From the NCBI GenBank assembly GCA_963664405.1, contig OY761158.1, positions 1,408,001-1,472,000 on the forward strand: 64,000 nt of DNA. The letters are read 5' to 3'. Under the pieces are notes generated by a model. The model was not told the DNA's origin. It was given only the letters and a program-made list of their open reading frames with translations, and searched no databases. Of this stretch, positions 38,658-51,143 are shown in pieces; positions within the stretch are counted from its first letter, which is position 1, and every line of letters begins with the position of its first letter. This DNA is from Thermoanaerobaculia bacterium. GTDB taxonomy: Bacteria; Acidobacteriota; Thermoanaerobaculia; Multivoradales; Multivoraceae. Made by a program: the position numbers and the translations under genes.

Positions 38658-40217
38658 CTAAGAAGTCTCGAGAGCGGTGTGGGCTGGCGATGGCGACGGC
38701 TCTGCCATCGCTTCGAGGAGCGAGTCGAGGTCCTGTTGAGAGGGCAAGGACCACCTCTCTTCGTAGTTGAAGACGTCTGCGAGAGTCCTGGCCGTGAAGC
38801 CGTCGTCGAGGATCTCGAAATGCTCGTTCGAGATGAACGCAGGATGAGCAACACCGCAGGCGTGACACAGCTGCAGCAGATTCTTGCGCATCGTGACTAG
38901 GTAGTTGGCGAGCCGAGCCGCCTTCAGCTCAGGATCGAGCCCCCGCATCAGCCAGCGATTCTGGGTCGCGACTCCGGTAGGGCATCGGCCTGTGTGGCAT
39001 CGCTGAGCCTGAATGCAGCCGAGGGAGATCATCGCCTCTCGGCCGACATTGACCATGTCGCAGCCGAGTCCGAAGGCGAACAGAGCCTTCTCCGGAAAAC
39101 CGAGCTTGCCGGATCCTATAAAGACCACGCGCTCGGCGAGATCGCGCTCGGAGAAGACTCGGAAAACTCTCGAGAACGCTAGCTTGAAAGGAAGGGCGAC
39201 ATGGTCGGTGAAGGCGAGCGGCCCAGCCCCGGTGCCCCCTTCTCCCCCGTCGATGGCGATGAAGTCGACGCCTCGATCACCTTCACTCATCAGCTGCGCC
39301 AGCTCGGTCCAGAACGCCAACTGCCCTACGGCCGACTTGATCCCGACCGGCAATCCGGTCTCTTCTGCGAGCATCTCGACAAAGTCGAGCAGCCCATCGG
39401 GCCCCGTGAACGCCTGGTGGAAGGGTGGGCTCACGCAGTCACAGTCCCGAGAGATCTTCCGGATCGAGGCGATCTCGGCAGTGATCTTTTCTTTGGGCAG
39501 CAGCCCACCCAGCCCCGGCTTGGCCCCCTGGCTGAGCTTGACCTCGAGAGCGCGGACCGGCCCTGAAGCCACCATTTCTTTGAGCAGACCGAGATCGAAA
39601 GAACCGCTGTCATCACGGCATCCGAAGTAGCCAGTGCCGATCTGGCAAATCAGGTCGCCACCGTGAAGATGATGGCTGCTGACCCCGCCCTCGCCGGTGT
39701 TCTGGAGACAGCCGGCGAGTTTGCTGCCGCCATTCAGGGCTTCGACCGCGCGGCCGCTGAGCGAGCCGAAGCTCATTCCCGAGACGTTGACCACCGAGGC
39801 GGGCCGGAAGGCGAAGCGTCGACCGCGCGCGCCTCCCAATACCTTCGCCGCGGGTAGCGGGTATCCGAGGCTCTCTTCCCCCCCCGGGTGCTCCGCGCCC
39901 ACTTGGGAACCGAGAGAGCAATGTTTGATGATCAGATAGTTGGGACTCTGCTCCAGGTCGTTGTCGGTGCCGAAGCCGAAATAGTTGTTTTCCTTCTTCG
40001 ACGACGCGTAGATCCAGCGCCGCTGGTCCCGACTGAAGGGCCTTTCTTCGTCGTTGTCGGTGACGATGTACTGGCGCAGCTCCGGCCCTACGGCCTCGAG
40101 TAAATAGCGAAAGTGGCCAACGACAGGAAAGTTACGCAGGACCGCGTGGCGCCGCTGCACCAGGTCGTAGACGACTACGGCGCCAAGGATTGCTAGGAGT
40201 GCTGCAGCCAACAACAT
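38658..40217 (-). CDS. FMN-binding glutamate synthase family protein
   Basis: GMSFGSLS, NTGEGG, KLSQGAKPG, DGGEGGTGA and CIQAQRCHTGRCPTGV. Confidence 0.9.
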   Translation of the reverse strand: MLLAAALLAILGAVVVYDLVQRRHAVLRNFPVVGHFRYLLEAVGPELRQYIVTDNDEERPFSRDQRRWIYASSKKENNYFGFGTDNDLEQSPNYLIIKHCSLGSQVGAEHPGGEESLGYPLPAAKVLGGARGRRFAFRPASVVNVSGMSFGSLSGRAVEALNGGSKLAGCLQNTGEGGVSSHHLHGGDLICQIGTGYFGCRDDSGSFDLGLLKEMVASGPVRALEVKLSQGAKPGLGGLLPKEKITAEIASIRKISRDCDCVSPPFHQAFTGPDGLLDFVEMLAEETGLPVGIKSAVGQLAFWTELAQLMSEGDRGVDFIAIDGGEGGTGAGPLAFTDHVALPFKLAFSRVFRVFSERDLAERVVFIGSGKLGFPEKALFAFGLGCDMVNVGREAMISLGCIQAQRCHTGRCPTGVATQNRWLMRGLDPELKAARLANYLVTMRKNLLQLCHACGVAHPAFISNEHFEILDDGFTARTLADVFNYEERWSLPSQQDLDSLLEAMAEPSPSPAHTALETS

Positions 40218-40260
40218 TTCGATGCCTTTCGTCCTCTTCCAACCCGCAAAGTGGTAACCA

Positions 40261-41121
40261 TCATTTCCCTTCGTTCGCTCGAACCACCAGCAACGAGCAG
40301 GCAGACTCGAGCACGGCGTCGCCGGATCCGCCAAGAAGAACAGGCGTGTCGGCCGGCAATACTAGAAGATGGTGCCGGAACAGGCCTAGGGTCGGGGCGA
40401 CATCGGCACCTCCCGGACTCGCGATCGGGCGAAGCCTGACGCGCAGCCCGCTCGCCCGAGCCCACTCTTCGACCTCTTGACGAAGGTCCCGAGACGACGC
40501 CTCTTCAGCGTGGGGCACGAGGACGCAGATCTCGACTTTGCTACCACGTCCGAGCTGGTCAACCAGCGCCAGCGCGCGGCGCGAGGCAGAGCCGCCGTCA
40601 TAGAGAACGGCGATCGGCAAATCTCGAAGGCGGCCGCTTCGGTGAATCAGCGTCAAGCCCCTATCGCGACGCAGCACCTCCGCTGTGGTCGCAATTCGGC
40701 GGCGATCGATGCCCGAGCTCCAGCGCTCACGGCCAATGGCGATCGCATCCCCATCACTCGAGGCGGCTAGCACCTCGGCCGCGACATCTCCCTCGGCGAC
40801 GCTCCACGACCACTTCACCCGGCGCCCCTCGGCGACCCGCTGAAGCGTAAGCCGAGCCTGCTCCGCCCGCGCGCGCAGCTCGAGCTTCAGCCGGTCAGTA
40901 TCCCAGGGCTGAACCTGCCCGCTCTCCATCAAGAGCTCCGTAGTCAGGGGGTGCTCGGCCAAGCTTCGCAAACCAGCTCCCACGACGAAAAGGCCGCGAA
41001 GCTCGGCGTGAAACGCCACCGCCAGCTCGACCGCCGCCGCTACAGCCTCCTGATTGCCCGAGCCATGATCGACGGCAACCACGACATGCCGGATTCGGCC
41101 TTGCTCCTGAGCCTCGCTCAT
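40261..41121 (-). CDS. Universal stress protein family
   Basis: HVVVAVD; second domain IAVLYDGG. Confidence 0.7.
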   Translation of the reverse strand: MSEAQEQGRIRHVVVAVDHGSGNQEAVAAAVELAVAFHAELRGLFVVGAGLRSLAEHPLTTELLMESGQVQPWDTDRLKLELRARAEQARLTLQRVAEGRRVKWSWSVAEGDVAAEVLAASSDGDAIAIGRERWSSGIDRRRIATTAEVLRRDRGLTLIHRSGRLRDLPIAVLYDGGSASRRALALVDQLGRGSKVEICVLVPHAEEASSRDLRQEVEEWARASGLRVRLRPIASPGGADVAPTLGLFRHHLLVLPADTPVLLGGSGDAVLESACSLLVVRANEGK

Positions 41122-43508
41122 GGAGTTTCGTTCCCAGATCGCGAAGCGACACGACTCTTCTCAGCCAATTCCTCCATCCGACGCTTCACCAGACCGTTGA
41201 TCGATTCTGCCGGATACTCGCCGCTCTCGTCCAACTCTCCGGCAGGCACACCCGTAAGCAGCTCGATCCCCTGGTCGATGGTCTCAACCGGATAAACGCA
41301 GAAAGTACCGGCCTCGATGGCTTCCACCACATCCGGACGCAACATCAGGTGTTGAACATTGCTCGCGGGAATGAGCACTCCCTGATCGCCACTCAGCTCC
41401 CGAGCCCTACAGAGATCGAAGAAGCCCTCGATTTTGTGATTGAGCCCACCCACCGCCTGCACGAAGCCGTGCTGGTTCACCGACCCGGTCACCGCCAACG
41501 ACTGTCGCAACGGCACTTCCGAGAGGGCGGAGAGCAGAGCGTAGAGCTCGGTCGAGGAAGCGCTGTCTCCATCGACACCGCCATAAGATTGCTCGAAGAC
41601 AAGACTCGCCGTCATCGACAGCGGCTGGTCGCGGGCATAACGGGCTCCCAGAAAACCGGTGAGGATGAGAACGCCCTTGGAATGAATGGGGCCACTCAGC
41701 TCCACCTCCCGCTCGATGTCCAAGACTTGGCCCTTCCCCAACCTCACCCGGGCACTGATCCGGGTCGCGCGACCGAAGGAGAACTTCCCCATCTGTAGCA
41801 CCGAGAGACCGTTGACCTCGCCGACGCGCTCGCCCTCGGTTGCGATCAGCACGGTCCCGCGCAGAATCATCTCCTGGCTGCGCTCGCGCATGCGGTCGAG
41901 GCGAAAAGTGCGCGCTGCCACAGTCTGGTCCACGTGCTCGGCACTGACGACTTCGGAGGCGCCGTCCTCACCGGCAAAGTAGTCGGCCTCGCGCAACAGG
42001 TCGCCGAGCTCCCGCACTCGCGCCGAGAGCTTGTAGGCATCGTCCGTCATGCGCGCGCTCTCCTCGATCACTCGCTCGACCGCCGAACGATCGAAGGGCC
42101 GCAGCTCACGATCGCGAACCAAGGTCGCCACAAGACGCGCATAGAGCATCTCTCTCTCGGCGTCCCTCGGCAGTTCGGGATCGAAATCGGCGGCAACTTT
42201 GAAGAGGTCGCCGAAATCTGGATCGTGCTGAGCCAAGCCGTAGTAGAGCATCGCGTCGCCGATCAGGACGACCTTCGCCGAGAGCGGCACCGCCTCGGGC
42301 TCGAGCGAGATCGTGGTAGCGAAGCCCAGTGCTTCACCCGGTGATTCGATCCGCAGCTGTCCCGCCTGCAGAGCCCTCTTGAGGCCATCGTAGGCATAGG
42401 GCTGAGAAAGCAGTTTGCGCGCATCGAGGATCAGATACCCCCCGTTGGCGCGATGCAGCGAGCCTCCCTTGATGAGGGTGAAGTCGGTCGTAAGCACGCC
42501 CGCTCGCGCCGCGTGCTCGATACGCCCGATCAGGTTGGCGAAGCTGGGGTTGTCATCGTAAACAACCGGCGCCCCGACCTGGTCGCTATGATCGACGAGC
42601 AGGTTGACGTGATACCTGCGCACCGCCGCCTCAGCGACCTGCAGCATGCCGTCAGGGGCGGCGACGAGGATCTCCCGAAGCTTCTCGACCACATCCTTCT
42701 TAACCACATCGAGGAGCTCGAGTACCCCCGGCAGCTCTTGGTGCCGTGCCTTCAGGTCTTCGATCATGGGTGCAATCGCCTGGCCTACCACTTCTCTATT
42801 CAGCTCCCGGGTCCTCTCCTGACGTTCCCGCTCCCAGCGCGGGGCCTCGTTCAAGCCCTGTTGCAACTTATCCTGCAGCTCGCTGACCTCTTGCTGTAGC
42901 CGCAAGCGCTCCTCCTCCGGCAGCTTGCGGAACTCCTCCGGGGGGGCAACCTCGTCACCCTTGAGCGGTGCAAAGGCGACCCCCATCGGCGTTCGCAGAA
43001 CCGCCAGGCCGCGCTCTTTGGCATCCGTTTCGAGATCGGAAAAGATCTTCTCGCTTCGACTCTTGATCTCTTCGTCGATGACTTGACGGCGAGTACGGTA
43101 CTCGTCGCCTTCGAGTACCGTAGAGAGCGTGGTGCTGAGGTCCTCGACGAAGTCTTCCATGTCGCGTCGCAAGCGACACCCGACTCCGGCCGGCAGCTCG
43201 AGCAGGCGAGGCTTGCGAGGGTCTTCGAAGTTGTAGACGTGGCACCAGTCGCTGGGAGTGGCCTTCTCTTGCGCTACCTGACGCAGGAAGTGCTCCACCA
43301 TCGAATGGCGCCCGGATGCGGGTGGTCCGAGGACGAAGATGTTGTAGCCGTCATGATCGATCCCCACGCCGAGCTTCAGTGCCTCCACCGCTCGTGGCTG
43401 GCCGATAGTGGAGGGCAGAACCTCCAGCTCAGCGGTAGTGTCGAACCCTGGCTTGCCAAGGTCGGCCCTGCGGCGCGCAGTAGCGGCATCGATGGCGGTT
43501 GGAATCAC
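41118..43508 (-). CDS. Lon-like AAA/S16 protease (LonC-like)
   Basis: IGQPRA, GSLHRANGGYL, HSKGVLIL, DGDSASS and GGLNHKIEGFF. Confidence 0.88.
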   Translation of the reverse strand: MIPTAIDAATARRRADLGKPGFDTTAELEVLPSTIGQPRAVEALKLGVGIDHDGYNIFVLGPPASGRHSMVEHFLRQVAQEKATPSDWCHVYNFEDPRKPRLLELPAGVGCRLRRDMEDFVEDLSTTLSTVLEGDEYRTRRQVIDEEIKSRSEKIFSDLETDAKERGLAVLRTPMGVAFAPLKGDEVAPPEEFRKLPEEERLRLQQEVSELQDKLQQGLNEAPRWERERQERTRELNREVVGQAIAPMIEDLKARHQELPGVLELLDVVKKDVVEKLREILVAAPDGMLQVAEAAVRRYHVNLLVDHSDQVGAPVVYDDNPSFANLIGRIEHAARAGVLTTDFTLIKGGSLHRANGGYLILDARKLLSQPYAYDGLKRALQAGQLRIESPGEALGFATTISLEPEAVPLSAKVVLIGDAMLYYGLAQHDPDFGDLFKVAADFDPELPRDAEREMLYARLVATLVRDRELRPFDRSAVERVIEESARMTDDAYKLSARVRELGDLLREADYFAGEDGASEVVSAEHVDQTVAARTFRLDRMRERSQEMILRGTVLIATEGERVGEVNGLSVLQMGKFSFGRATRISARVRLGKGQVLDIEREVELSGPIHSKGVLILTGFLGARYARDQPLSMTASLVFEQSYGGVDGDSASSTELYALLSALSEVPLRQSLAVTGSVNQHGFVQAVGGLNHKIEGFFDLCRARELSGDQGVLIPASNVQHLMLRPDVVEAIEAGTFCVYPVETIDQGIELLTGVPAGELDESGEYPAESINGLVKRRMEELAEKSRVASRSGNETP

Positions 43509-43636
43509 GAAAGTCTCCTCGTAGCCGGTCTCCGGTCCGGTGCTCGATCGAGCCTATAGCTTACGCGCAATCCGCCGGCGAGGTAGACGGAACGCGCTCT
43601 ACCCAGAATGAGATCGGACCTCCTGCCGGTGGTAGC

Positions 43637-44089
43637 ATGAAAACCACGATGTCTCATTACAAACGACTCCTGGTAACCACCGATTACTCCGAAAGAGCTC
43701 TTGTCGGCCTCGAAGAAGCGGCCAAGCTAGCTAGCGATCTGGGAACGGAAGTCGTGCTCGCCTACGTAGTACAAAACCGGCTGCCGCCGATGATGCTCGG
43801 CGCGGGCCTTCATTGGCAAGAAATGGTCGAGAAGCACGAAGCGACTGCCATGGAAGCATTGAAGGAATGCGCAGAGGCCCACCTGCCTGGCCTCGATACG
43901 GAGACCGTAGTTCGCGTGGGCAACCCGTCAGAGGCTATTTTGCAGTTGATCGAAGAGAAAGAAGTCGATCTCTTGGTCATGGCCTCCCACGGCTACGGCC
44001 TGGTCGGACAGATCGTTCTCGGCAGCACCACGGAGCGAGTGCTGAAACGAGCCACCTGCCCGGTGCTCGTGGTGCGCTCCCGAGACTGA
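43637..44089 (+). CDS. Universal stress protein
   Basis: KRLLVTTDYS...VMASHG...LGSTTERVLKRATCPVLVV. Confidence 0.9.
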   Translation: MKTTMSHYKRLLVTTDYSERALVGLEEAAKLASDLGTEVVLAYVVQNRLPPMMLGAGLHWQEMVEKHEATAMEALKECAEAHLPGLDTETVVRVGNPSEAILQLIEEKEVDLLVMASHGYGLVGQIVLGSTTERVLKRATCPVLVVRSRD

Positions 44090-44356
44090 GAGAGCACGGC
44101 CCTACTCTCGTCGCGAAAGATCTCGAACGATCGTTCTGATGCTCTCGGCGACCCGTTTCGGCTCCTGATGGAGACGCCGATTCCGCACTCTCTGTCGTTG
44201 TCGATCGAGATGTGCCTCGAACTCTTCGAGCTCCACCGGGGGGGCCTCTTTCGCTGCAGGCGGTTTGGCCGCTTTCATGAAGGGACTTTATCCCAAGCCG
44301 CGGGGTCCCCGGGCCACCTCCAGCGAGGCGGGCACTGACTAACCACCGGGGGGTTG

Positions 44357-44422
44357 GCGGCGACCAACGCCGAGCCGGTGGCTGTCTACTACGGCTTCAC
44401 GATCAACTTCAGCTTGCAATGA
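44357..44422 (+). pseudogene. Possible remnant of an energy transducer TonB C-terminus
   Basis: Encodes ATNAEPVAVYYGFTINFSLQ*, resembling TonB C-terminal endings, with no matching upstream gene. Confidence 0.3.
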
Positions 44423-44433
44423 CTTAGCTCGGG

Positions 44434-44447
44434 TACCTACCCTGGTA
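44434..44447. promoter_or_regulatory. Possible CsoR-like copper operator
   Basis: TACC-N6-GGTA palindrome just upstream of the Cu-ATPase. Confidence 0.25.
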
Positions 44448-44503
44448 TCTAGGTTATGACGTCTCGTCGATCGAAGCTGAGCGGCGGGACTCGTGAGGTG
44501 ACT

Positions 44504-46837
<2,334 letters not shown>

Positions 46838-46894
46838 GCACCCTTCGAATGTTAGCCTTCGCCTGCCAATGGCAGCTGCGATGGAACCAACCTG

Positions 46895-47677
46895 ATGGGC
46901 CTGCGTGAGAGCGGCAGCGACGTTCGTGTCGGTAGCAGCTCGCTGCTCCTCTGGCTGGCAATCGCCCAGTTCGCTGGAACCGCGGGAAGCGCCCTGGCTC
47001 AGGGCGGCCCCCCCCTCCTCACCGACGACCCCGGGACCCCCGGCGACGGCAACTGGGAGCTGAATCTCGCGGTCGAGCTCGTGGACGGAGAGGACGAGAC
47101 AGAATGGGCAGCGCCGCTTGTGGACCTCAATTACGGCGTTGGTGAGAGGGTACAGCTCAAGTTCGAGGTGCCGTGGCTCTTCTTGGAAGAATCGGGCCAC
47201 ACTCGCGACGGTCTCGGACCTTCGAGTGTAGGGGTCAAATGGCGATTTTACGATGCCGGAGAGGGAGGCAGATCTTTGTCGATCTACCCCCAGCTCGAGT
47301 TCCCGAGCCCGGGCTCCTCGGCCGACCGGGGGTTGGTCGAAGACGACACCAGCCTCTTCCTCCCAGTCGAGCTGGTGCAACCTCTCGGGCCGGTCTCAAT
47401 GAACGTCGAAGTCGGCTATCTAGTATCCGATCTCGGTGACGAGGTGGTGCTGGGGGTGGCCGTGGGGCGAGAGCTGACAGAGAGACTGGAGCTGGTCGCG
47501 GAGGTGTGGGGCGCCGAGCCGACGTCCGGAGGGGACGGCATCTGGGTGGCCAACCTGGGGTTACGTGTCGATCTGCAGGAGGGGCTGGCGCTCCTGGTGG
47601 CTGGGGGAACGGGCGTGGCGGGAGCCCATCAAGAGGCCGAAGGACTCGGGTTCCTAGGTCTTCAGATGACCTTCTGA
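46895..47677 (+). CDS. Outer-membrane beta-barrel/transporter-like protein
   Basis: Signal peptide; GPPLLTDDPGT; terminal F (GLQMTF). Confidence 0.6.
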   Translation: MGLRESGSDVRVGSSSLLLWLAIAQFAGTAGSALAQGGPPLLTDDPGTPGDGNWELNLAVELVDGEDETEWAAPLVDLNYGVGERVQLKFEVPWLFLEESGHTRDGLGPSSVGVKWRFYDAGEGGRSLSIYPQLEFPSPGSSADRGLVEDDTSLFLPVELVQPLGPVSMNVEVGYLVSDLGDEVVLGVAVGRELTERLELVAEVWGAEPTSGGDGIWVANLGLRVDLQEGLALLVAGGTGVAGAHQEAEGLGFLGLQMTF

Positions 47678-47712
47678 GCGGCGAAATAGACGGGCCAAAG
47701 GAGAGTAACGCG

Positions 47713-48954
47713 ATGCAACACTCACTCAGACGATGCGCGAAGCTGGGGCTGGCGACCCTACTCGCACTGATCATGGCCCGACTGCCCGTCGCCGCTCAAC
47801 CGCAGACTTCGAGCGCAGATGGTGGCCACACTTTTGTCGGCTCGGAGACTTGCGGGTCTTGTCATAGAGCCATCTACGGCCGCTGGAAGAACACTCTGAT
47901 GGCCAACATCCTGCAAGACGTCAAGGAGCGCCCCGAGGCCATCAAAGGCGACTTCACGACGCCCCATGAGTTGGTGACCTTCGACAAGGAAGACATCGTC
48001 TTCACCTATGGCAGCAAGTGGAAACAACGCTACTTCACCAAGATCGGGAGCGACTATTACGTCTTCCCCGCTCAGTGGGACGTCACCAACCGCGAGTGGC
48101 GCAACTACTACGTCAGAGAAGGCACAGACTGGTGGGTAGAGCACTACCCAGCCGATCAGATGCAGAGGCCGACAGGGCCACTTTGCGACGGATGTCACTC
48201 GACCAACTACAACATCGAGACCAAGGAAGTCACTGAGTGGAATGTCGGCTGCGAGAAGTGTCACGGAGCGGGTAGCGAACATGCTGTAGACCCAACCATC
48301 GGGAACATCACCAATCCGGCCCGGCTGGACTACGTGCGATCCGCCGACGTCTGCATCCAATGCCACTCTCAGGGCCAGCCGCTCACCAATCCGATCGACG
48401 GCACCTACTATGACTGGCCGGTTGGATACCAGCCCGGCGATCGGCTCAGTGACTTCTGGATGCTAGAGGAGCACCACCTCGGTGAGGAGTCGTTCACTCA
48501 CTGGCCTGAAGGCTCCGCCCACAAGAACAGAATGCAGGGGAATGACTACATCTCGAGCGTCATGTACACGCGAGGAGTGCAGTGCTCCGCCTGTCACGAC
48601 GTACACGGAACCGCGCATGGCGCCGAGCTCACCAAGCCCGACAATGCCCTGTGCCTTCAGTGTCATGGCCCGCGCTCTCCGAACGGTCCCGGCGGCACCC
48701 TCGAAGAGCACACTCATCATCCTCCGGGGAGTGAAGGAAGTCAGTGCGTCGCCTGTCACATGCCGAAGATCGCCAAGACGATCGGCGATGTGATGGTACG
48801 AAGTCACACCTTCAAATTCATACCCCCGGCCATGACCGAGCAGTACGGCATTCCGAGCCCCTGCACTTCGTGCCACGCCGACCAGAGCTCCGAGTGGGCG
48901 AAGGAGGAGCTCAAAGGCTGGCCGAGCGTCTCTCCCTGGCGAGTGGCGCAGTAG
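47713..48954 (+). CDS. Periplasmic multiheme c-type cytochrome (8 CxxCH)
   Basis: CGSCH, CDGCH, CEKCH, CIQCH, CSACH, CLQCH, CVACH, CTSCH; signal peptide. Confidence 0.88.
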   Translation: MQHSLRRCAKLGLATLLALIMARLPVAAQPQTSSADGGHTFVGSETCGSCHRAIYGRWKNTLMANILQDVKERPEAIKGDFTTPHELVTFDKEDIVFTYGSKWKQRYFTKIGSDYYVFPAQWDVTNREWRNYYVREGTDWWVEHYPADQMQRPTGPLCDGCHSTNYNIETKEVTEWNVGCEKCHGAGSEHAVDPTIGNITNPARLDYVRSADVCIQCHSQGQPLTNPIDGTYYDWPVGYQPGDRLSDFWMLEEHHLGEESFTHWPEGSAHKNRMQGNDYISSVMYTRGVQCSACHDVHGTAHGAELTKPDNALCLQCHGPRSPNGPGGTLEEHTHHPPGSEGSQCVACHMPKIAKTIGDVMVRSHTFKFIPPAMTEQYGIPSPCTSCHADQSSEWAKEELKGWPSVSPWRVAQ

Positions 48955-49002
48955 GCCCGCGAACGGCGCGACGGATGCACCGCGACCTTCGGGAACCGGG
49001 GT

Positions 49003-49242
49003 CTAAGTGACGTCTTTGAGGCTGAGGCCCAGCGTCTGCAGGTACTTGAGCAGCCCCATCTTGTTAACCGAGCGAAGGGCCCTTGTCGAAACCTTGAGCC
49101 GCACCCAGCGCTTCAGCTCAGGCACGAAGATGCGTTTTCGCTGAATGTTCGGTCGCTGAAAACGATTGGTGACGTTGTGGGCATGCGAGATATTGCGAGC
49201 CCGCAGGGGTTTCTTTCCGGTGATCTGGCATCTTCTCGGCAT
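49003..49242 (-). CDS. rpmB: 50S ribosomal protein L28 (Cys-poor form)
   Basis: MPRRCQITGKKP...NISHAHN...PNIQ...LKVSTRALR. Confidence 0.95.
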   Translation of the reverse strand: MPRRCQITGKKPLRARNISHAHNVTNRFQRPNIQRKRIFVPELKRWVRLKVSTRALRSVNKMGLLKYLQTLGLSLKDVT

Positions 49243-49264
49243 GGTGCGATTCTCCGACGTTTTC

Positions 49265-50437
49265 TCAACTGTTGGCGACTCGAAGCAGTCTCTTTCCGGC
49301 CAAACGAGCTCCGTGAATGTTACGTGCGGTGGGACCGATCTCGAGCTCGGCTAAGGGACCTGCGACGTGGATTCCCGGGGCCCAGCGTAGACCATTGTCG
49401 ACCACCGGGTACCCGCAAGAGGCGCATTGTAGCCCAAGTCGAAGGATCGTGCGATCCAACCACTCTCCTCCGGGGCGCTCCGGGCTGAACCCGGTGGCGA
49501 GGAGAACGAGGTCGGCATCGACCGTGCAACCCTCCTCGAGGGCAAGGGCTGCGCGCCCCTGCAGGTGATTGGCATCCGAGATGTTGCCTCGAGCGTGGCG
49601 AATCATGCCCCTCGCAACCGCCTCTTGGAACCTCGCCACGACATCTCCAGGGGCCGAGCCGAGATGCCGCTCCCGCTCGATCACCTGGCGGCGTCGATCC
49701 GCCGCTTCGATGCGGGCGAAGGTCGCGCTCAGCCGCGGGCCCATCCAGGCCGAGTCGATGTCGAAGTCGTGCAGACGATGGCTGTGTCTCGAGAGCAGGC
49801 AAACACGGCCAGGAGCCTCGGCGGAAAGGGCAAGAGCCTTCTGTTGCGCCGAGATCCCCCCACCGACAACGACGACCTGCTGCTCGCGTGTCAGCGGCTG
49901 ATGGCTGTACCCATCATCGAAAATGTGCCTCACTCGCGCCCCCTCGTGGGCGAGCTTCGACGCCCACGAGGGCCACAACGGCCTTTCGGTTCCGCCAAGC
50001 GCGAAGGCCACCCGTCTGGTCTCGAGACGACCCCGATCGGACTCGACCACTAAATGACCGTTCGAGCGCTCCACCGCTCGAGCTGTAGCGAGAGCTCGAA
50101 GCGGGGCCAAATGATCTCGAGCGACGACCGCCTCACAGTGCGCAGCGAAGAGCTCCAGGGAGGGGCGCAGATAGGGACCGAGAAGATGCTCCGAGCCGTA
50201 ACCCTGCTCCTCGGCAAAGCGCCTCAGCGAGCCAGGCTCGCCGTCGAGGTGATGAACGATAGAGGAGCGCAGAAAGTCCATCCCTACGGCCTTCGTACAG
50301 GCGAAAAAGCGACTGAGAGGGGCCTCATGCGGATCGAGGACCACAACCCGATCCAGCGGCACCGCCGCGTCGGCCGTAAGAACGCGCGAGAGCAGAGTTC
50401 CTTGGAACCCGCCACCGATGATGATCCATTCCAGCAT
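49265..50437 (-). CDS. FAD/NAD(P)-binding oxidoreductase
   Basis: IIGGGFQG, GGGISA, LATGF and GPLAELEIGPTARNIHGAR. Confidence 0.8.
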   Translation of the reverse strand: MLEWIIIGGGFQGTLLSRVLTADAAVPLDRVVVLDPHEAPLSRFFACTKAVGMDFLRSSIVHHLDGEPGSLRRFAEEQGYGSEHLLGPYLRPSLELFAAHCEAVVARDHLAPLRALATARAVERSNGHLVVESDRGRLETRRVAFALGGTERPLWPSWASKLAHEGARVRHIFDDGYSHQPLTREQQVVVVGGGISAQQKALALSAEAPGRVCLLSRHSHRLHDFDIDSAWMGPRLSATFARIEAADRRRQVIERERHLGSAPGDVVARFQEAVARGMIRHARGNISDANHLQGRAALALEEGCTVDADLVLLATGFSPERPGGEWLDRTILRLGLQCASCGYPVVDNGLRWAPGIHVAGPLAELEIGPTARNIHGARLAGKRLLRVANS

Positions 50438-50588
50438 CGCCTTCGTTACCTACACCAGGCCACCCCGCTACACGACTCATCTTTAGCGGCGGAGCCGGAG
50501 TTTAACCGCTGCGTCCCACCCTCTCTGCCAAGATGCTTGAGACATCTCGCCACCCCTCAAATAGAGTAGGGCGGAGAGGTGAAACCTG

Positions 50589-51143
50589 ATGTCTGAAGAG
50601 AGGAAGATGGAAGAGATGAGATCAGCAAGCACGTCCATTGCGGTCCGGGGCGAGGAGGAGGTTTCCCAGCTTCCCCCGTGCGCCCAGCTGGGGTCCGCGG
50701 AAGCGCCGACGGGCGAGCGTAGCGAGCACGGAGACGCAGCAGCGGGCGCCATCTGGGCGCGGCCGAGCCCTGTGTTGGATCCTGAGGTGGCCGCCAAGCC
50801 AACGCGGCGGACGTTCACGGCCGAGTACAAGCTGCGAATCCTCGAAGAAGTCGATCTGGCCACGCCTGGCGACATCGGCGCGATCCTGCGTCGCGAGGGA
50901 TTGTACAGCTCACACCTGACGGCCTGGCGCAGGGCACGCAGGACCGGCGCTCTGCGAAGGCTGGGCCGAAAGCGAGGGCGCAAGGCGAAGCAGGCCGATC
51001 CACAGGCCAAGAAGATCGAGCAACTGGAAAAGGAGCTATCCCGCACTCGCGAGGCGCTACGCAAGGCAGAGCTGATCCTCGAAGTGCAGGGAAAAGTTGC
51101 CGGGCTGCTGGGCTTCAACCTCGAGGACGGGAGGAACTCCTGA
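50589..51143 (+). CDS. IS3 transposase OrfA (HTH)
   Basis: RRTFTAEYKLRIL...LRREGLYSSHL; G GGA AAA slippery site at 51089-51095. Confidence 0.85.
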   Translation: MSEERKMEEMRSASTSIAVRGEEEVSQLPPCAQLGSAEAPTGERSEHGDAAAGAIWARPSPVLDPEVAAKPTRRTFTAEYKLRILEEVDLATPGDIGAILRREGLYSSHLTAWRRARRTGALRRLGRKRGRKAKQADPQAKKIEQLEKELSRTREALRKAELILEVQGKVAGLLGFNLEDGRNS

